Part shown: positions 11,771-25,348 of the stretch, piece by piece
Layout: every line of letters starts with the position of its first letter
How positions within the stretch are numbered: the stretch's first letter is position 1
Assembly: GCF_006345805.1 (NCBI RefSeq)
Contig: NC_043003.1
Span: 69,440,001 to 69,504,000, forward strand
Direction: 5' to 3'
Length of the DNA: 64,000 nt
Origin: Octopus sinensis
Lineage: Eukaryota
Notes under the pieces: generated by a model
What the model was told of the DNA's origin: nothing
The model's input: the letters and a program-made list of their open reading frames with translations, nothing else
Databases searched by the model: none
Translations under genes and position numbers: made by a program

Positions 11771-12697
11771 CTAGGACAAGGAGAAATACAAACGTTTGAT
11801 GAGAGTAAAAGTTAAGTTTGAAGACTGAAATAAATTTTAATATGTATTAGGTACAGGCACGGCTGTGCGGTTGAGAAGCTTGCTTCCCAACCAGGTGGTC
11901 TTGGGTTCAGTCCCATTGCACAGCACTTTGGACAAGCATCTTAAGCCTCAGACCAACCAAATCTTGTGAGTGGATTTGGTAGACAGAAAACTGAAAGGAG
12001 CTTGTGTGTGTGGATATTCTCTCTCTCTCACTCTCTCTTCCTCTCGACATTGCGTGATAGAAATAAGTGGTGCCATCATACAAATGGTGTCTCATTCCCA
12101 ATATTCCCTGAATATATCAGGCCACGAGGAAATATTACTGTACCAGTAAGGGTTGGTGACAGGAAGGGCATCTGGCTGTAGAAAATCCTTCTCAATGAAA
12201 TCTATCCAACCCATGCATGATGCATGGAAAAGTGGACATTAAAATAATGATGGCATATATCATCGTCGTCATCCACTTTTCTATGCTTGCATGGATCAGC
12301 CAAAATTTGTTGAAGCAGATTCTCTAGAGCCAGATGCTCTTCTTGTCATCAACTCTCACCTGTTTCCATGTATTTTAAGTAAGGTATGTATATATATAAG
12401 CATTCTTTTACTTAGCAACACAACTGTCACTTCCAATTTTCAGAGATAAAAAACAAAAATAATCAAAATAAAGTTTACATAAAATGTTTTTATTTTCCTT
12501 TTCTTTCAGACAAAATATTCTTATCAATGTCTTAAATTTTTAAATCCATCATTTTCTTTGTTTAGCATGTAAAGAAAATGATGTAGATAAAATAAGTTAT
12601 AACAATGCCAGACATTGAACAAGACCAAAGAAATGAAGAACCAAGCTGAGCAGAATAAACAGAAGCTGTATTTTCTATTTCTTCAACAAGAACTTAC

Positions 12698-12798
12698 CTT
12701 GAAGGCATGTCTTTTGTTGATGGAATCACTGGCATCACAAGGTCGTATTGTGTAACTTGGTAATAGAATAGAACCAACGCACTGTTGTTCACTGGCAT
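12698..12798 (-). CDS. PLEKHA5/6/7: PH domain exon 3 (ASEQQCVGSILLPSYTIRPCDASDSINKRHAFK), phase 1/0
   Basis: Acceptor ttttcttttctttag, donor AAG|gtaagt; GSILLPSY..P...D.IN...FK is diagnostic of PLEKHA4-7 PH domains. Confidence 0.96.
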
Positions 12799-12963
12799 CT
12801 AAAGAAAAGAAAAGCTAAAATATAACTCCATGATCTGATTGTAAAATTATATTGAAAGAAATATTTTTAATAAAAGAGTTTCTGGTCAGCTGTGGACTTT
12901 CTTATTGTAGACAACAGATTCTACAATTTTTTGCTGAGCAACCTGCATAGATGACTTGTTTAA

Positions 12964-13186
12964 CCCTTTTGATACCAACCTGGCTGAAACCATCTCTGGC
13001 TCTGTAGTACAAATGTCTTGTTTTCATAAGTTCTGAATTAAAATCTTCCACCAAAACCTTAGTCACAATTTATGTTCCTAACACTAGCTTAATGATAACT
13101 AAGTGATTTTACTAAATTCTTTGTTGTATTCAGAATTAATTGAAAGAAACACAGAACACCTCAACAGAAATATGGTAACAAAAGAG
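12964..13186. mobile_element. TTAA-flanked (piggyBac-like) MITE, family 1, copy 1
   Basis: TTAA|CCCTTTTGATACCA...TGGTAACAAAAGAG|TTAA; homologous to 47407-47626. Confidence 0.75.
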
Positions 13187-13244
13187 TTAATGTGAGCAAA
13201 TATTTGCGCTGTACATTATCTCCGTCCCTCCATCAAATTACCAT

Positions 13245-13415
13245 TGTTTGAACAGGTGGATGGTGTGGCATATGCTACATATTGAATTAATAGCAGAGCA
13301 ACATGAAATAAAGAGTTTTGCTCAAGAACACAATGTACTGCTTGGTCTGGGAATCAGAACCAAGATTTGGTGATTGAGAGTGCAACACCCTAACCTTAGG
13401 TCATACACCTTCATT
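13245..13415 (-). mobile_element. tRNA-derived SINE family C (also about 13600-13780)
   Basis: Minus strand GGTTAGGGTGTTGCACTC...GATTCCCAGACC...TGTTCTTGAGCAAAAC: tRNA-like head plus conserved domain. Confidence 0.65.
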
Positions 13416-14020
13416 TTCTGGTAGGTGATGGTTTACTACAAGATTATGGTTTTAGGAAATCCCTTCACTTGCATTAATCCACCTGGCTAGAAAAGAGTAG
13501 GAAGCTTTACTAAGTCAACCTTTGGACCTTACTGTTTTGAGTCCTAGAGCTCAAAGGGTCATTTACCTGGTTACCATGGTGTACAAACAATCGATATCAT
13601 AACATTCTCCTCGAATGGAACATCTGTTATTCACAGGGTTACTCATTTACAGTTGAGCAAACTGGAACGACATCAAGTGTCTTGCTCAAGAACACAACAC
13701 ACTGCTGAGTCCAGAAATTGAAACCACAATCTTATGATTTGGAGTGCAACACTCTCACTCTGAGGCTACATGCCTTCAGTCCTACTACTATGCAATACAA
13801 AGAAGATTGTTACTCAAAAACACTTTGAAGAATCAGGAAATTTGTAAACCTATCACACACTTAGCAAAACAAACTGACAAACTTAAGAAACAAGTCTAGA
13901 TACAATCATCATTGTTTAACGTCTGGAGAGCCAGCAGCTGCACAAGGCTCCAATCTGATCTGGCAATGTTTCTACAGCTGGATGCCCTTCCTAACGCCAA
14001 CCACTCAGAGATTGTAGTGG

Positions 14021-14306
14021 GTGCTTTTTTATGTGCCATTGGCACAGGAGCCAGTCAGGCAGGCCTGGCGTCGATCATGTTTGGATAGTGCTTTTTACAT
14101 GCCACCGGCACGGGAGCCAGTCAGGGGGTACTGGCATCGACCCCGTTCAGATGGTGCTTTTTACATGTCACCGGCACGGGAGCCAGTCAGGGGATACTGG
14201 AACTGGCCATATTCAGATGGTGCTTTTTACATGCCACCAGCACAGGAGCCAGTCAAGCAGACCTGGCATCAACCACATTCAGATGGTGCTTTTTACATGC
14301 CACTGG
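14021..14306. repeat. 66-bp minisatellite (4+ units) inside an RTE-tailed repeat; related array at about 10814-11127
   Basis: Units begin GTGCTTTTT at 14021, 14088, 14154, 14220 and 14286. Confidence 0.9.
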
Positions 14307-15965
14307 CAACAGCTACGATATTGCAACAGCTAAAGAAAGCAGTAAAGGCACAATAATATTTCATAATTAGTATTGTTTCCTATGAAACCATTTCATAAGA
14401 ATCAGTGAGATATTCAAGTCCATGCCCCAGCATGGCCACAGTAATGACTAAAACAAGTAAAAAAAAATTAAAATTTTTCTCTTTATATTTTAACCTAGAA
14501 CACTTTTGACTACAAATACTGAACACAAAATTAAACTGTAATATTATATCTAAAATGTAAGCAACAAATCACTTTAAACAAATAACAAAGCGAAAAAAAA
14601 AACAAATGTAAAAATGTAATAAAATCGTGTGCAAACAGCCTAAGCAAGTGTAAGCTCCTTTCATTGGTCGACTGAGTGAGTGCGACACCAAAATGACACT
14701 TTGTTACAATGGGTGTAAATATTTGTATGTAATTATTTATGACTAATGAGACATGTAAAACTTATTTACACAACACCACAATTGTTTAATGTGAAACACT
14801 ATTCATGCGTGGATAAGCGCTCATGTAAAACATTCTCAGAAGATTCAACTCCAGGTGGTGAAAAATAACAGAAAGAAAGTCTTTCATAAATGATAATTAA
14901 GCCATTGTATAAGATTGAGACCCAAAAATAGGTAACGTGCATCATGGATTAATACAATACTCTTTTACTCCTTTTACTTGTTTCAGTCATGTGACTGTGG
15001 CCATGCTGGAGCACCACCTTAAGTTGAGCAAATCAACTCCAGGACTTATTCTTTTGTAAGCCTAGTACTTATTCTATCGGTCTCTTTTGCCGAACCACTA
15101 AGTTACAGGGACGTAAACACACCAGCATCGGTTGCCAAGCGATGTTGGGGGAACAAATACAGACATACAAACATATACACACACATACATATATATACAT
15201 ATACACGATGGGCTTCTTTCAGTTTCCATCTACCAAATCTATTCACAAGGCTTTGATTGGCCCAAGGCTATAGTAGAAGACACTTGCCCAAGGTGCCATG
15301 CAGTGGGACTGAACCTGGAACCATGTGTAATAGATGAGTAATATATTTTAGAATTCTGTTTTCTTGTGGCTATGTTATATACTTTTCAGATTTGTAGTAG
15401 AGCAGAAAGTATAAATATTTCAACTGCACAACCCTTAGGCAAGTGTCTTCTACTGTAGCCCCATGCCAACTAATGCCTTGTGAGTGAATCTGGGAGGCAG
15501 AAACTGTGTGGAAGCCCACTGTATGTGTGTGAGAGTTTCTTTGTGTTTGTCCTCACCGACACTTAACTGATACTAGAGTCAATTTATTCATCTAAACCAA
15601 GGGTGGGGAAATCGCTGCGAGCCCACATTATTGCACCTGAAGGCTGGTATACTCATATGTGCAAAATATAGTAAATTTTTCAATTATAAAATTTATACAA
15701 TATTCGTATGCCTATTTGCAACATAGGTCACGTTTCCTCTACGACTTAAAATGGTTAAGACTCAAACAGAAAATTGTCATTTGAATGGAAATTTTGTTTT
15801 CACTATAAAACACATATCGTTAAGTTTGTACCACCTCTTGAGACCCAACTACACTCTAGCTGAAAAATAAAGAATACCTCATAGGGAATATAAACGTCCT
15901 AAATTCAGAGGTGGAATTAATGAAGATGTTATATGTTAATTTAATGTGTTATCTTTATTCATGTA

Positions 15966-17236
15966 TCAGGTCATCCCATAAATTCTGTCCGATTTTACCT
16001 TTTTAAAATTGAATGAAATTTAAAAGTATTTTAGAATGTCTAATGGAATTTAAAATCATTTTTATGCATTTGTGTACATTTAAACTAATTAAATATTATT
16101 TTACAGAATAATAGAATTAAAATTTCTTTGATTAAAACCCTTTCTAACATGGAAGTATCCAAAGAGCATTTGAGGCACATAATGCTTTATGAGTACAAAA
16201 AAGGAAACTCTGCAACCGAAGCGACTCGAAACATACACTCAGTTTATGGGAAAGAATGCTTGAAAGAACTTGCAGAAGATGGTTTGCAAAATTCAGAAGT
16301 GGAGATTTCAGCCTTGAAGATGAAGATCAAACAGGACGTCCAGTTGAGTTTGATGATAAGCTCCTTGAGGCATTACTTGAAGAAAATCCTGCATTATCAG
16401 TTGAAGAATTGGCAATAAAGCTTAGTTCAAACCATACAACTGTTCATTATCATCTTCAACAACTTGGAAAGGTTCCTAAACTTGGAAAATGGGTACCTCA
16501 TGAATTGTCCAAAAGCAACCGCAAATCCTGAGTCGACATCTGCTCTTCTCTCCATTCTCGCAAACTCGTTTCACCCTTTTTGGATGGACTTGTGACTGGT
16601 GATGAAAAATGGATCTTCTATCGAAATGTTAAACGTTGTAAACAGTGGCTTGGTAAAAGGGAAAAAGCTCAACCACAACTGAGAAGAGAACTTCATGGGA
16701 AAAAGGTTCTTCTCTCTATCTGGTAGGATTGCAAAGGAGTAATTCACTTTGAATTGTTACCACCTAATGCAACAATCAATGCTCAAGTCTACTGTCAGCA
16801 ATTAGAGCATTTGAATTAAGCTTTCAAGAAAAAAAAAGACCCGCTTTAGTGAATCGAAAAGGAATGATGTTTCATCAGGACAATGTGCAACCCCACACTA
16901 CAAAGATCTCATCACAAAAGATCGAAGAGCTTGGTTGGGAAAAAATTCCTCATCCACCTTATTCTCCCGACCTTGCTCCTTCAGACTACCATTTGTTTCG
17001 TAGTTTACAGAATCATTTGGGGGACATAACTTTTGCAAGCCAGGAGGAGGTCGAAACTGACATTTCAGAGTTCTTCACTTTGAAACCATTGATGGGATTA
17101 AAAGCTTGTAAATAGATGGAAGGAAGTCATAGGTAATCAGGGAAAGTACATTGATGATTAAATTTCAATTAAATATAACATTTGATCACTTGTTTTCTTT
17201 ATTCAAAATTCGGACAGAACTTATGGGATGACCTGA
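15966..17236 (+). mobile_element. Full-length mariner (DD34D) transposon, 1271 bp
   Basis: 27-bp TIRs TCAGGTCATCCCATAAATTCTGTCCGA / TCGGACAGAACTTATGGGATGACCTGA (1 mismatch); TA on both sides. Confidence 0.96.
16149..17161 (+). pseudogene. Inactivated mariner transposase
   Basis: HTH N-terminus, WVPHEL, VTGDEKW, HQDN and HPPYSPDLAPSDY motifs spread over several frames, with frameshifts and in-frame stops. Confidence 0.95.
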
Positions 17237-17643
17237 TATATCGAATTATACATAGATATATACAAGATTTACACCAATATAATAGTTAGAATTTGTGATC
17301 CGCCCATGGACCTTTATCTTTGGAAATTTCTGCCACCCACACACTAAAAAGTTTTCCCACCCTTGATCTAAACCCTTTAAGGCAGTGCCCCAGCACAATC
17401 ACAATTCAATGACTGAGACAAAAGATAAAAGATTAAAACATTGAACCACCAAAGTAAATCCATTACTTTTCTTTTGGTCTGAATGCTCTAAATTTTTGTT
17501 TTTCAAACAATAAAAGTTAAAATAATTTTGTTTTAATAATACAATAATAATTTACATAAAATGCTTAATGAGATGAAAGCATAAAATTTATTTTGCAACT
17601 TAATATTTTGAAGATTAGTATAAGAGAGAGAACCTTCACAAAC

Positions 17644-17716
17644 CTTTATAGAAAAATAAGCCATAATCAACATGAACGCACCAACGTTGCTTCCAAGAAC
17701 GGAGTCCAGAATTTTC
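17644..17716 (-). CDS. PLEKHA5/6/7: PH domain exon 2 (ENSGLRSWKQRWCVHVDYGLFFYK-D), phase 0/1
   Basis: Acceptor tttgtctttatag, donor G|gtttgt; aligns with DSTGMKLWKKRWFVLSDLCLFYYRD of PLEKHA5. Confidence 0.95.
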
Positions 17717-19563
17717 CTATAAAGACAAAGCAAAAGAATTAACTAAAAGGAACACACACACGCACTCAAAAAAAAAAGAAAAACAGTATATAATTGAAAT
17801 ATTCGTTTCAAATTTTTGCACAAGGCCAGCAATTTCGGGGGAGGTGAAAAAGTTGGTTACATGACCCCAGTACTCAACTAATACTTATTTTATCGCCGCC
17901 GAGGTTGACTTTGCCTTTCATCCTTTTGGGGGTCAATAAATTAAGTACCAGTTACATACTGGGATCAATCTTATTGACTGACCCTCCCCCTAAAAAAAAA
18001 AAAAATTCGGGCTTTGTGCCTAGAGTAGAAAAGAATAATTTATCAACCCTGACAGGATGAAAGGCAAAGTCCACCTTGGCAGAACTTGAACTCAGAGCAT
18101 AAAGACAGACAAAATACCACTAAGCATTTTGCACAGCATTCTAACAGTTCTGCCACCTTATATAATTGAAATATTCAGGTAACAAAATGGGTGTAGAAAT
18201 GGCTATGTGGTAAAGCAGTTTAGTTTGTAACCAAATGGTTTCAGGTTCAAATTCACTGCATGGCACCAGGGACAAGTGTCTTTTTATATAATCTATGTCT
18301 TATGAATGAAATTTAAGAGATGAAATCTGTACAGAAGTCCATTGTAAATGTGTGAGTGTGTGTGTGTGTCTATGCATCTTTACATTGACACCAATTGGGC
18401 ACCAGCAACACTGTGAAGGCACAATGCTAGGGTATTTGGCCCCCGAGTTCAATTCCTGACAGCAGATTGTACCCTTCAGCAATACTTTATTTCACACTGC
18501 TCCAGTCTACTCAGCTGGCAAAAATGAGTTGTACCTGTAATTAAAAGGGGCCATCCTCGTCACATTCTGGGTCATGCTGAATCTCCCTAAGAACTATGTT
18601 AAAGGTACGCATATCTATGAAGTGCTCGGCCACTTGCAAGTTAATTTCATGAGCAGGCTGTTCCACTGATCAGATCAACTGGAACTCGTGTCACCGTAAC
18701 TGACAGAGTTCCAATTTCGCTAGTAACATTTGTTTCTCAATAGAATAAAGGCTTGATGTCATGAAGACATCTGGCTCTAAACCATTACCTCAAGAAACCT
18801 CATCCAATTCGGGCCAGCATTGGAAATAACAACATTTATGAGCTATGCAGACAATAGAACTTTGTGTGGCTTCTGACTTTGCCAGTTCCTATCAAACTGT
18901 CCAACACATGACAGCGGGGAAAACAGATAATGATGACATAGGTGTAGACATGGCAGTGTGGTTAAGAAACTTGCCTGGCAATCATGTGGTTTCAAGTTCA
19001 GTCCCACTATGCAACAAACAGCCCTAGGCCAACTAATCCCAAATCAGTAAATTTGCTAGATGAAAACTGTATGGGAGCCCGCTGTGCATGTGTGTGTATG
19101 TGTTGCATCTATGTCACATACTGCTTGACATAGCAGTGTGTAACTTAGTGGTTCAGCAGAAGAGACCAATGGAATAAGTACCACAGTTCATAGACCAAAA
19201 TCCTTCAACACAGTGCTCCAGAATGGCCACAGTCCAATGACTGCAACACATACGAGATAAGAAATAAATCCCAGAAAAATAATTAGAAAATTTTTTTATT
19301 CTTTTAGGTTATACATATTTTGTTGCATTAATAGTTATATTAGATAATTATTCATTGTTTTTTGTGAGACAAACCAAATATTACTTGCTAACATTTTCTC
19401 CTTTAAATATTAGAAGCAAGATAGTTATGAATGTTTTATGTACAAATTGAAAGGAAATGTCTAAAGTTGACTTCTAGGACACAGGCTTTTTGACATAAAT
19501 AGCCTTGTATAACTTAATGGCCCACTCCTTGGCAATAAAATAGATCATTATCAAAATACTCAC

Positions 19564-19639
19564 CTGCACTGTTAACCACCCACTATGGATGACTTTAGAA
19601 TCACTCATTCTTTTGGCCTCTGGAGCTTTAGAAATTAAT
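19564..19639 (-). CDS. PLEKHA5/6/7: PH domain exon 1 ([25 protein letters not shown]), phase 2/0
   Basis: Acceptor ttttattttccag, donor CAG|gtgagt; GWL of PH strand beta1. Confidence 0.92.
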
Positions 19640-19705
19640 CTGGAAAATAAAAGATTTATAGTCATTCTACTGAAAACAATATACAGAAGAATATTTTCAG
19701 ATGAA

Positions 19706-20140
<435 letters not shown>

Positions 20141-20365
20141 TGGTATATATGGAAACGAAACAATCTCAGGAGTCCAAATTGTGTTGTTGTAAGTCAGTCA
20201 AATGTTAGATTCCACATCACTTACTCTACTCACCAGTCAGACCACAATTAACGTCCATGACTTTTATATGAGTGCATGACTATCAAAAAAGCTTTCTGGC
20301 TTCCAGAAACAAAACAAAAATAGAAACGTAAATATTTTTTGAATAGATCAAAAGGAAAGACATAC

Positions 20366-20409
20366 CTTTGTTTACCCGAGGCCTTTTTATTTTGATTGTA
20401 TTGTGGAAC
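20366..20409 (-). CDS. PLEKHA5/6/7: PLEKHA-like exon VPQYNQNKKASGKQ-R, phase 0/2
   Basis: Acceptor tttatctccag, donor AG|gtatgt; 44 nt; joins the 19564-19639 exon in frame. Confidence 0.75.
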
Positions 20410-20628
20410 CTGGAGATAAATAAATATCAAACATAAAAAATAAAGAAAATCTGAATGACTTTACAGTAAAAAACACTTTATATCTTAGTTTTGAAAATGA
20501 AATTAATAAAATGACTATGTAAAATGTTAGGGTTTATTCTCTTTTTTATAAAAAAAATAATCTGAATTTGAAAATAGAAGTTTTCTTTGAGTTCTATGAT
20601 CTTAGAAATGGAAAAGCTGGTAACTCAC

Positions 20629-20646
20629 AGACTGCGGGGTAGTGAG
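20629..20646 (-). CDS. Candidate 18-nt microexon LTTPQS, phase 0/0
   Basis: About 70-nt pyrimidine tract, ttaatacag acceptor, donor TCT|gtgagt; about 220 nt upstream of the phase-0 exon at 20409. Confidence 0.35.
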
Positions 20647-21369
20647 CTGTATTAACTTTTAAAGGTTAGAAAATAGGGATACAAGAAGTTGATGAAGATA
20701 GGGAAAAAGTAGAAGATGGCAAGATACATGCAATAAAATGGTCTGAGTGTGTTGAGAACAGAGATGACAATTAGTTTAATTAACAAGTTTTCAGAAAAGA
20801 ATCTATGCACGATGGAAAGTAAATTTACTAATTGAAAAGATGATACTTAAATTACATTAATTGCATTATCTGTATTGCAATAGTTTTCAAACTTTTGGCC
20901 ACAACTACAAGGTAACTGTTCTAGAAATAAAAATAACATTCACATTCTTTCACAACCACATAATGCAAATACAAGGGAGTAGTAGCTGAGACAGGAAGTA
21001 GGTTCACAGCTGGCTGAATTAACAATCACATGAGCAAGTGATCGACCAGAGTATTGAATGCAGTTATACATCACTGATCACAATGCATCATTTTTTAGCT
21101 AGGTAAGCAGACCAACATTCCCCTTGGTCAGAAAGCTAGTCTGTTGCAGGGGAACCCATTTAGAGCTGAGTGGACTGGTGCAACATGAAAGAAAGTGTTT
21201 TGCACAAGCACATAACATGTCACTCGATTCATGAATGAAACCCATGGTCACCAGGTTCTGAGTGCAACACCCTAACCACATGTGCCTTCATGGGTATCAG
21301 CGTTCTGAACAAAAAGCTTTAAGGTTTCAGATCCTACCACTGGCAACAGCTCAGATAATTGGCCTTTCT

Positions 21370-21650
21370 TCATATCTATCCATCATCCATTCATTTTCTC
21401 TTCCTGAGACGACCATGGCAGTAGAGTCCTCAAGCATCTCCTGTATAGAGTCGTCTTAGAAGCAACCATCATTACACTTTCTGGTTGGATACCCAAGCAT
21501 GACCAAATGAAACTATAGATATTGTGCAACCATCTTATTCTGTGTCTACCCCTGGGTCTCTTCCAATTGGCTCCGCTTCAAGAATCTGCCTTTTATAAAC
21601 AGTTTTTTATCTTTAGTGCCAAACTTTTCTACCAATAGGTAGATTTTCTT
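21370..21650 (-). mobile_element. Rex3/Expander-like (RTE clade) LINE 3' remnant
   Basis: RPRGRHRIRWLHNI...W..LGIQPE...LLPW, followed by a (TGGA)-like tail. Confidence 0.55.
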
Positions 21651-21789
21651 CCCCAATACTGTACAGATGTATCTCTCTTCCTTCCCCGTCTCTCTCCCTC
21701 TCTCTCTCTCTCCGTTTCTCTTTCTCTCTCTCACACACAAAGTGTGGGAAAGAAACTATACATACTGGTGGAAAAGTGTGACATGTGAC

Positions 21790-22280
21790 AGTAGAAAATC
21801 CTTGCCTCAACAAATTGCATCTGACATTGCATCAAGAGGTGCTGATCTCTAATTGTAGAGGGAGCATGTGGAAGGGGCAGACACAAGGAAACATAGGATG
21901 AAGTGGTGAGAAAGGATCTGTGTACATTGGGCCTCACAGAGGAGATGACAGGGGACCAACACTCCTGGCAGTTGGGTGTGCTCAAGAAGACACATCAAGC
22001 TAAGCAAAAACTTGGTTGCCTGCAGCTGGGTGTTCCTATTCTTGCAGGCTCGTTGGTGCTGGTGCCATGTAAGAAAGCACATGTAGTGATGCCACATAAA
22101 TACACCCATGCTGGTGCTGCATGAAAGACCCAGTACAATCTGTAAAGTGTCAGGAACCAGCTGTAGAAACCATGCCGTAACAGACATGAGGCCTGCGCAG
22201 CTTTTCAGCTGGCCACTCCTGTCAAACCATCCAAGCTATGCCAGCATGGAAAATGTACATTGAGTGATGAAGATATGCAA
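21790..22280 (+). mobile_element. RTE LINE 3' end continuing into the tail shared by the non-autonomous repeat family
   Basis: GRGRHKET*DEVVRKDLCTLGLTEEMTGDQHSW...KKTHQAK, then the CAGCTGTAGAAA...GCATGGAAAA..GATGA tail. Confidence 0.7.
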
Positions 22281-24946
22281 AGGATGGGAGAGTGGACAGT
22301 AAAAATGGTGATGAAGTTCATTTACACTCGTCCTGTTTAGATAAGGGTGCACCCCCAGCACATTTCTTTATTGCCCACAAGGGGCTACACACAGAGGGGA
22401 CAAACATGGACAGACAAAGAGATTAAGTCAATTACATCGACCCCAGTGTGTAACTGGTACTTAATTTATCAACCCCGAAAGGATGAAAGGATGAAAGTCG
22501 ACCTCAGCTGAATTTGAACTCAGAACATAACGGCAGACAAAATACTGCTAAGTATTTCGCCCAACATGTCAACGTTTCTGCCAGCTCACCACCTTTCTAT
22601 CAGTTTCTGTCTACCAAATCCACTGACAGAGCTTTGGTCAGCCAGGGTCATAGTAGAAGACATTTGCTCAAGGTGCCAAACGGTGGGATTGAACCCAAGA
22701 CCACATAGTTAGAAAGAAAGCTTTTTAACCACGCAGACACACCTGTATCTAGCAATGCCTGCTTTTTTTTTCATTTTCCTCAACGCCAAATACAAACACA
22801 GACTTCAAATATTTTAACAAAAAAAAAGGTCATGACCAGAGAATGTACATTTCATTCCACAACAAAAGTGCAGTAATCCCCTTCAAAGGCAACCAATGGG
22901 AATGATTTAAAATGATGCAACAGTGTGCTCATGTAGGTTTTTATTTATTTATATATTTTTCTCTGAATACAAAAGATCAAAGCTTCATAGAAAAACTATA
23001 ATCTCAAACCATGGCATGAATTTTGCCATTTGATATTTGGTTGCAGATTTCAGCAGGTATGAAAGAAAACAAGTAAAACATGAAACACACTAAATTTGTT
23101 TGTAGTGCGTTGGTGGAAACCCGAGTAGCCAGAGTCCTTTTAAAGCTATCCACCACTTGCGAATAAATTACAAATACTGTATAGAAAATAGAATATGACG
23201 CAGTAAATACATCAGTTCAACTTGACACGGAATTTTTTTTTTTTTTTAAAATAAATACTGTAAACAAATGTCTGAAGGAAAGTAATCCACAATCTCAAAT
23301 AACCTCCACTCAATCTTTGTTAGGAAACACCCTGTTGTAAGCTTCGAAGAAAGAAAAAAAATTCAATAAGAAAAAGCTGTCCATGAGGAATTTTTATATA
23401 ACTTCCATTGTTCTCTGCTGTTGAATTGTGGAAGAAAACAGGTGTTTCATTCTCACATAAATTTTTAAGAAATTGTTATGAATATCTGTCAGTATTGAAT
23501 ATCAGATGGAGTGGCTGTGTGGTTAAAAAGCTGGTTTTCCCAACCACATGGTTTCAGGTTCAGGCACCCGGGCAAGTGTCTTCTACTATAGCCCCAGGCT
23601 GACCAAAGCTTTGTGAGTGGAGTTGGAAACTGAAAGAAGCATGTTTGTATGTGTTTGTATGTGTGTGCATGTGTCTGTGTGTATGTGTGTGTGCATGTGT
23701 GTGCATGCGTGCATGTATGTGTGTGCATATGTATGTGTGCGTATGTGTGCATGTGTGTGTGTGTGTGTATACACACTGTTTCAAACTTCATTATAAAATA
23801 TGAAACAAGGACAAATACATAATTTCTCTCTAGTTTTACTTTATCAAGATGGAATACACTGTCTTGTCAACTCTCATGAAACAGGAGTCATTATTCTATA
23901 ATAAAACTTAATAAACCATCTACGTATCATACTTCATGTATATATACACCATTGATAGGCCAGTTACTAGAGTATTTGTTCTGAGATAACATCTCTTATG
24001 GCATCACATATAGAACGCTCGCACTGTAGAGCTCTTGCCACATGTAGAGAGCCCATGCTGTGGCTAATCCAAAAGGAGCAGTGGCGACAAAGTTTATAAC
24101 TAAAGCAATTTGTTGTCCTCAATTTCAAATACTGAAGTTATTCTTCACAAAATAAATACTATGAAACACGACTAAGACTAGACTTAGACATTTTCAGCTG
24201 CCAAAATGGAAATTGTTTCTGAAATTGTATGTGCAGTAATCAACATGTGGTTTACATATTGTAATTCCATTTAATACAAAGTAGTTTTCTGAAATATGTT
24301 TCCTGTATTTTAACCTTTTTCTTCTTTATCTAAAATTGAGAGTGATATAAAAATTAGATTCCGATTTCCATAAATTAAAAGCATGTACGAAATCGATTTA
24401 TCTATAGTGGAAGGGTTCAAAGTAAATTGCCGTAAATACTGAATTCAAATTTTGGCACAAGGCCAGCAATTTCGGGGCACAGAGTGAGTCAATTACATCA
24501 ACCCAGTGATCAACTGGTACTTATTTTTATCGCATCACAAAAGATGAAAGACAAAGCTGACCTCAGCTGAAATTGAACTCAGAACACAAAGATGGACAAA
24601 ATACTTATCATTTTTCCTGGCATGTTAACGATTCTGCCAACTTAATTGTCTCAACAAATATTGCTATTAACTAGTCCTATAAGTTCACAGCTAATCATGA
24701 AATGGTTGCTGCTGTTTAACCCGGGGTCGGCCTTAATTGAGGAGGGCTATAATCAAAAGTATTCAAACAATACAGGTGCAGGAGGGGCTGTGTAGTAAGT
24801 AGCTTGCTTACCAACCACATGGTTCCGGGTTCAGTCCCACTGCATGGCACCTTTGGCAAATGTCTTCTACTATAGCCTCAGGCTGATCAGAGCCTTGTGA
24901 GTGGACTTGATAGTCGGAATCTGAAAGCAGCCCATCATATATATAT

Positions 24947-25257
24947 GAGGACTGCCAACATCTGTGTGGACACGTGGGAGGAAACAGCTGCTGACCGCTC
25001 TGCCTGGCGTCGGACGGTGAGGAAAGGCGTTTCCATGGCTGAGGAGAGGAGAGCACAACTGTAGTTGGACAGGCGGGACAGGAGGAGGACAACTGCAGCA
25101 ACACCCCACACGTACCCATCGATGTTCGTGTGCAGCAACTGTACCAAGGACTGCCACTCTAGAATTGGACTGTTCAGTCACAGCAGACGCTGCACATCAT
25201 CAAAGTAGGCCCCACCCTTGGCGCAACCCATTGTCTATCAAGACAGACGGGGATAAA

Positions 25258-25260
<3 letters not shown>
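24947..25260 (+). mobile_element. 5'-truncated RTE (BovB-like) LINE 3' end, inserted in a SINE (TA)n tract
   Basis: Translates WEETAADRSAWRRTVRKG...[23 protein letters not shown] (one internal stop), the C-terminal zinc finger of RTE-BovB ORFs; CpG-rich. Confidence 0.85.

Positions 25261-25348
<88 letters not shown>

Larger units (their letters stand above)
15598..17365. mobile_element. Non-autonomous hAT element hosting the mariner
   Basis: Termini CAAGGGTGGGGAA / TTCCCACCCTTG; perfect 8-bp TSD ATCTAAAC (15590-15597 and 17366-17373); it splits a SINE. Confidence 0.85.

Noticed and set aside
14021-14356. Repetitive protein ORFs (MPPAREPVRGYW..; also 39816-40389 and 48419-48880)
   Set aside because: By-products of minisatellites with GC-richer or codon-multiple periods; no splice or start context.
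16149-17161. Domesticated SETMAR-like gene
   Set aside because: No SET domain, multiple stops and frameshifts, and TIRs plus TA TSD are intact: an ordinary dead mariner.
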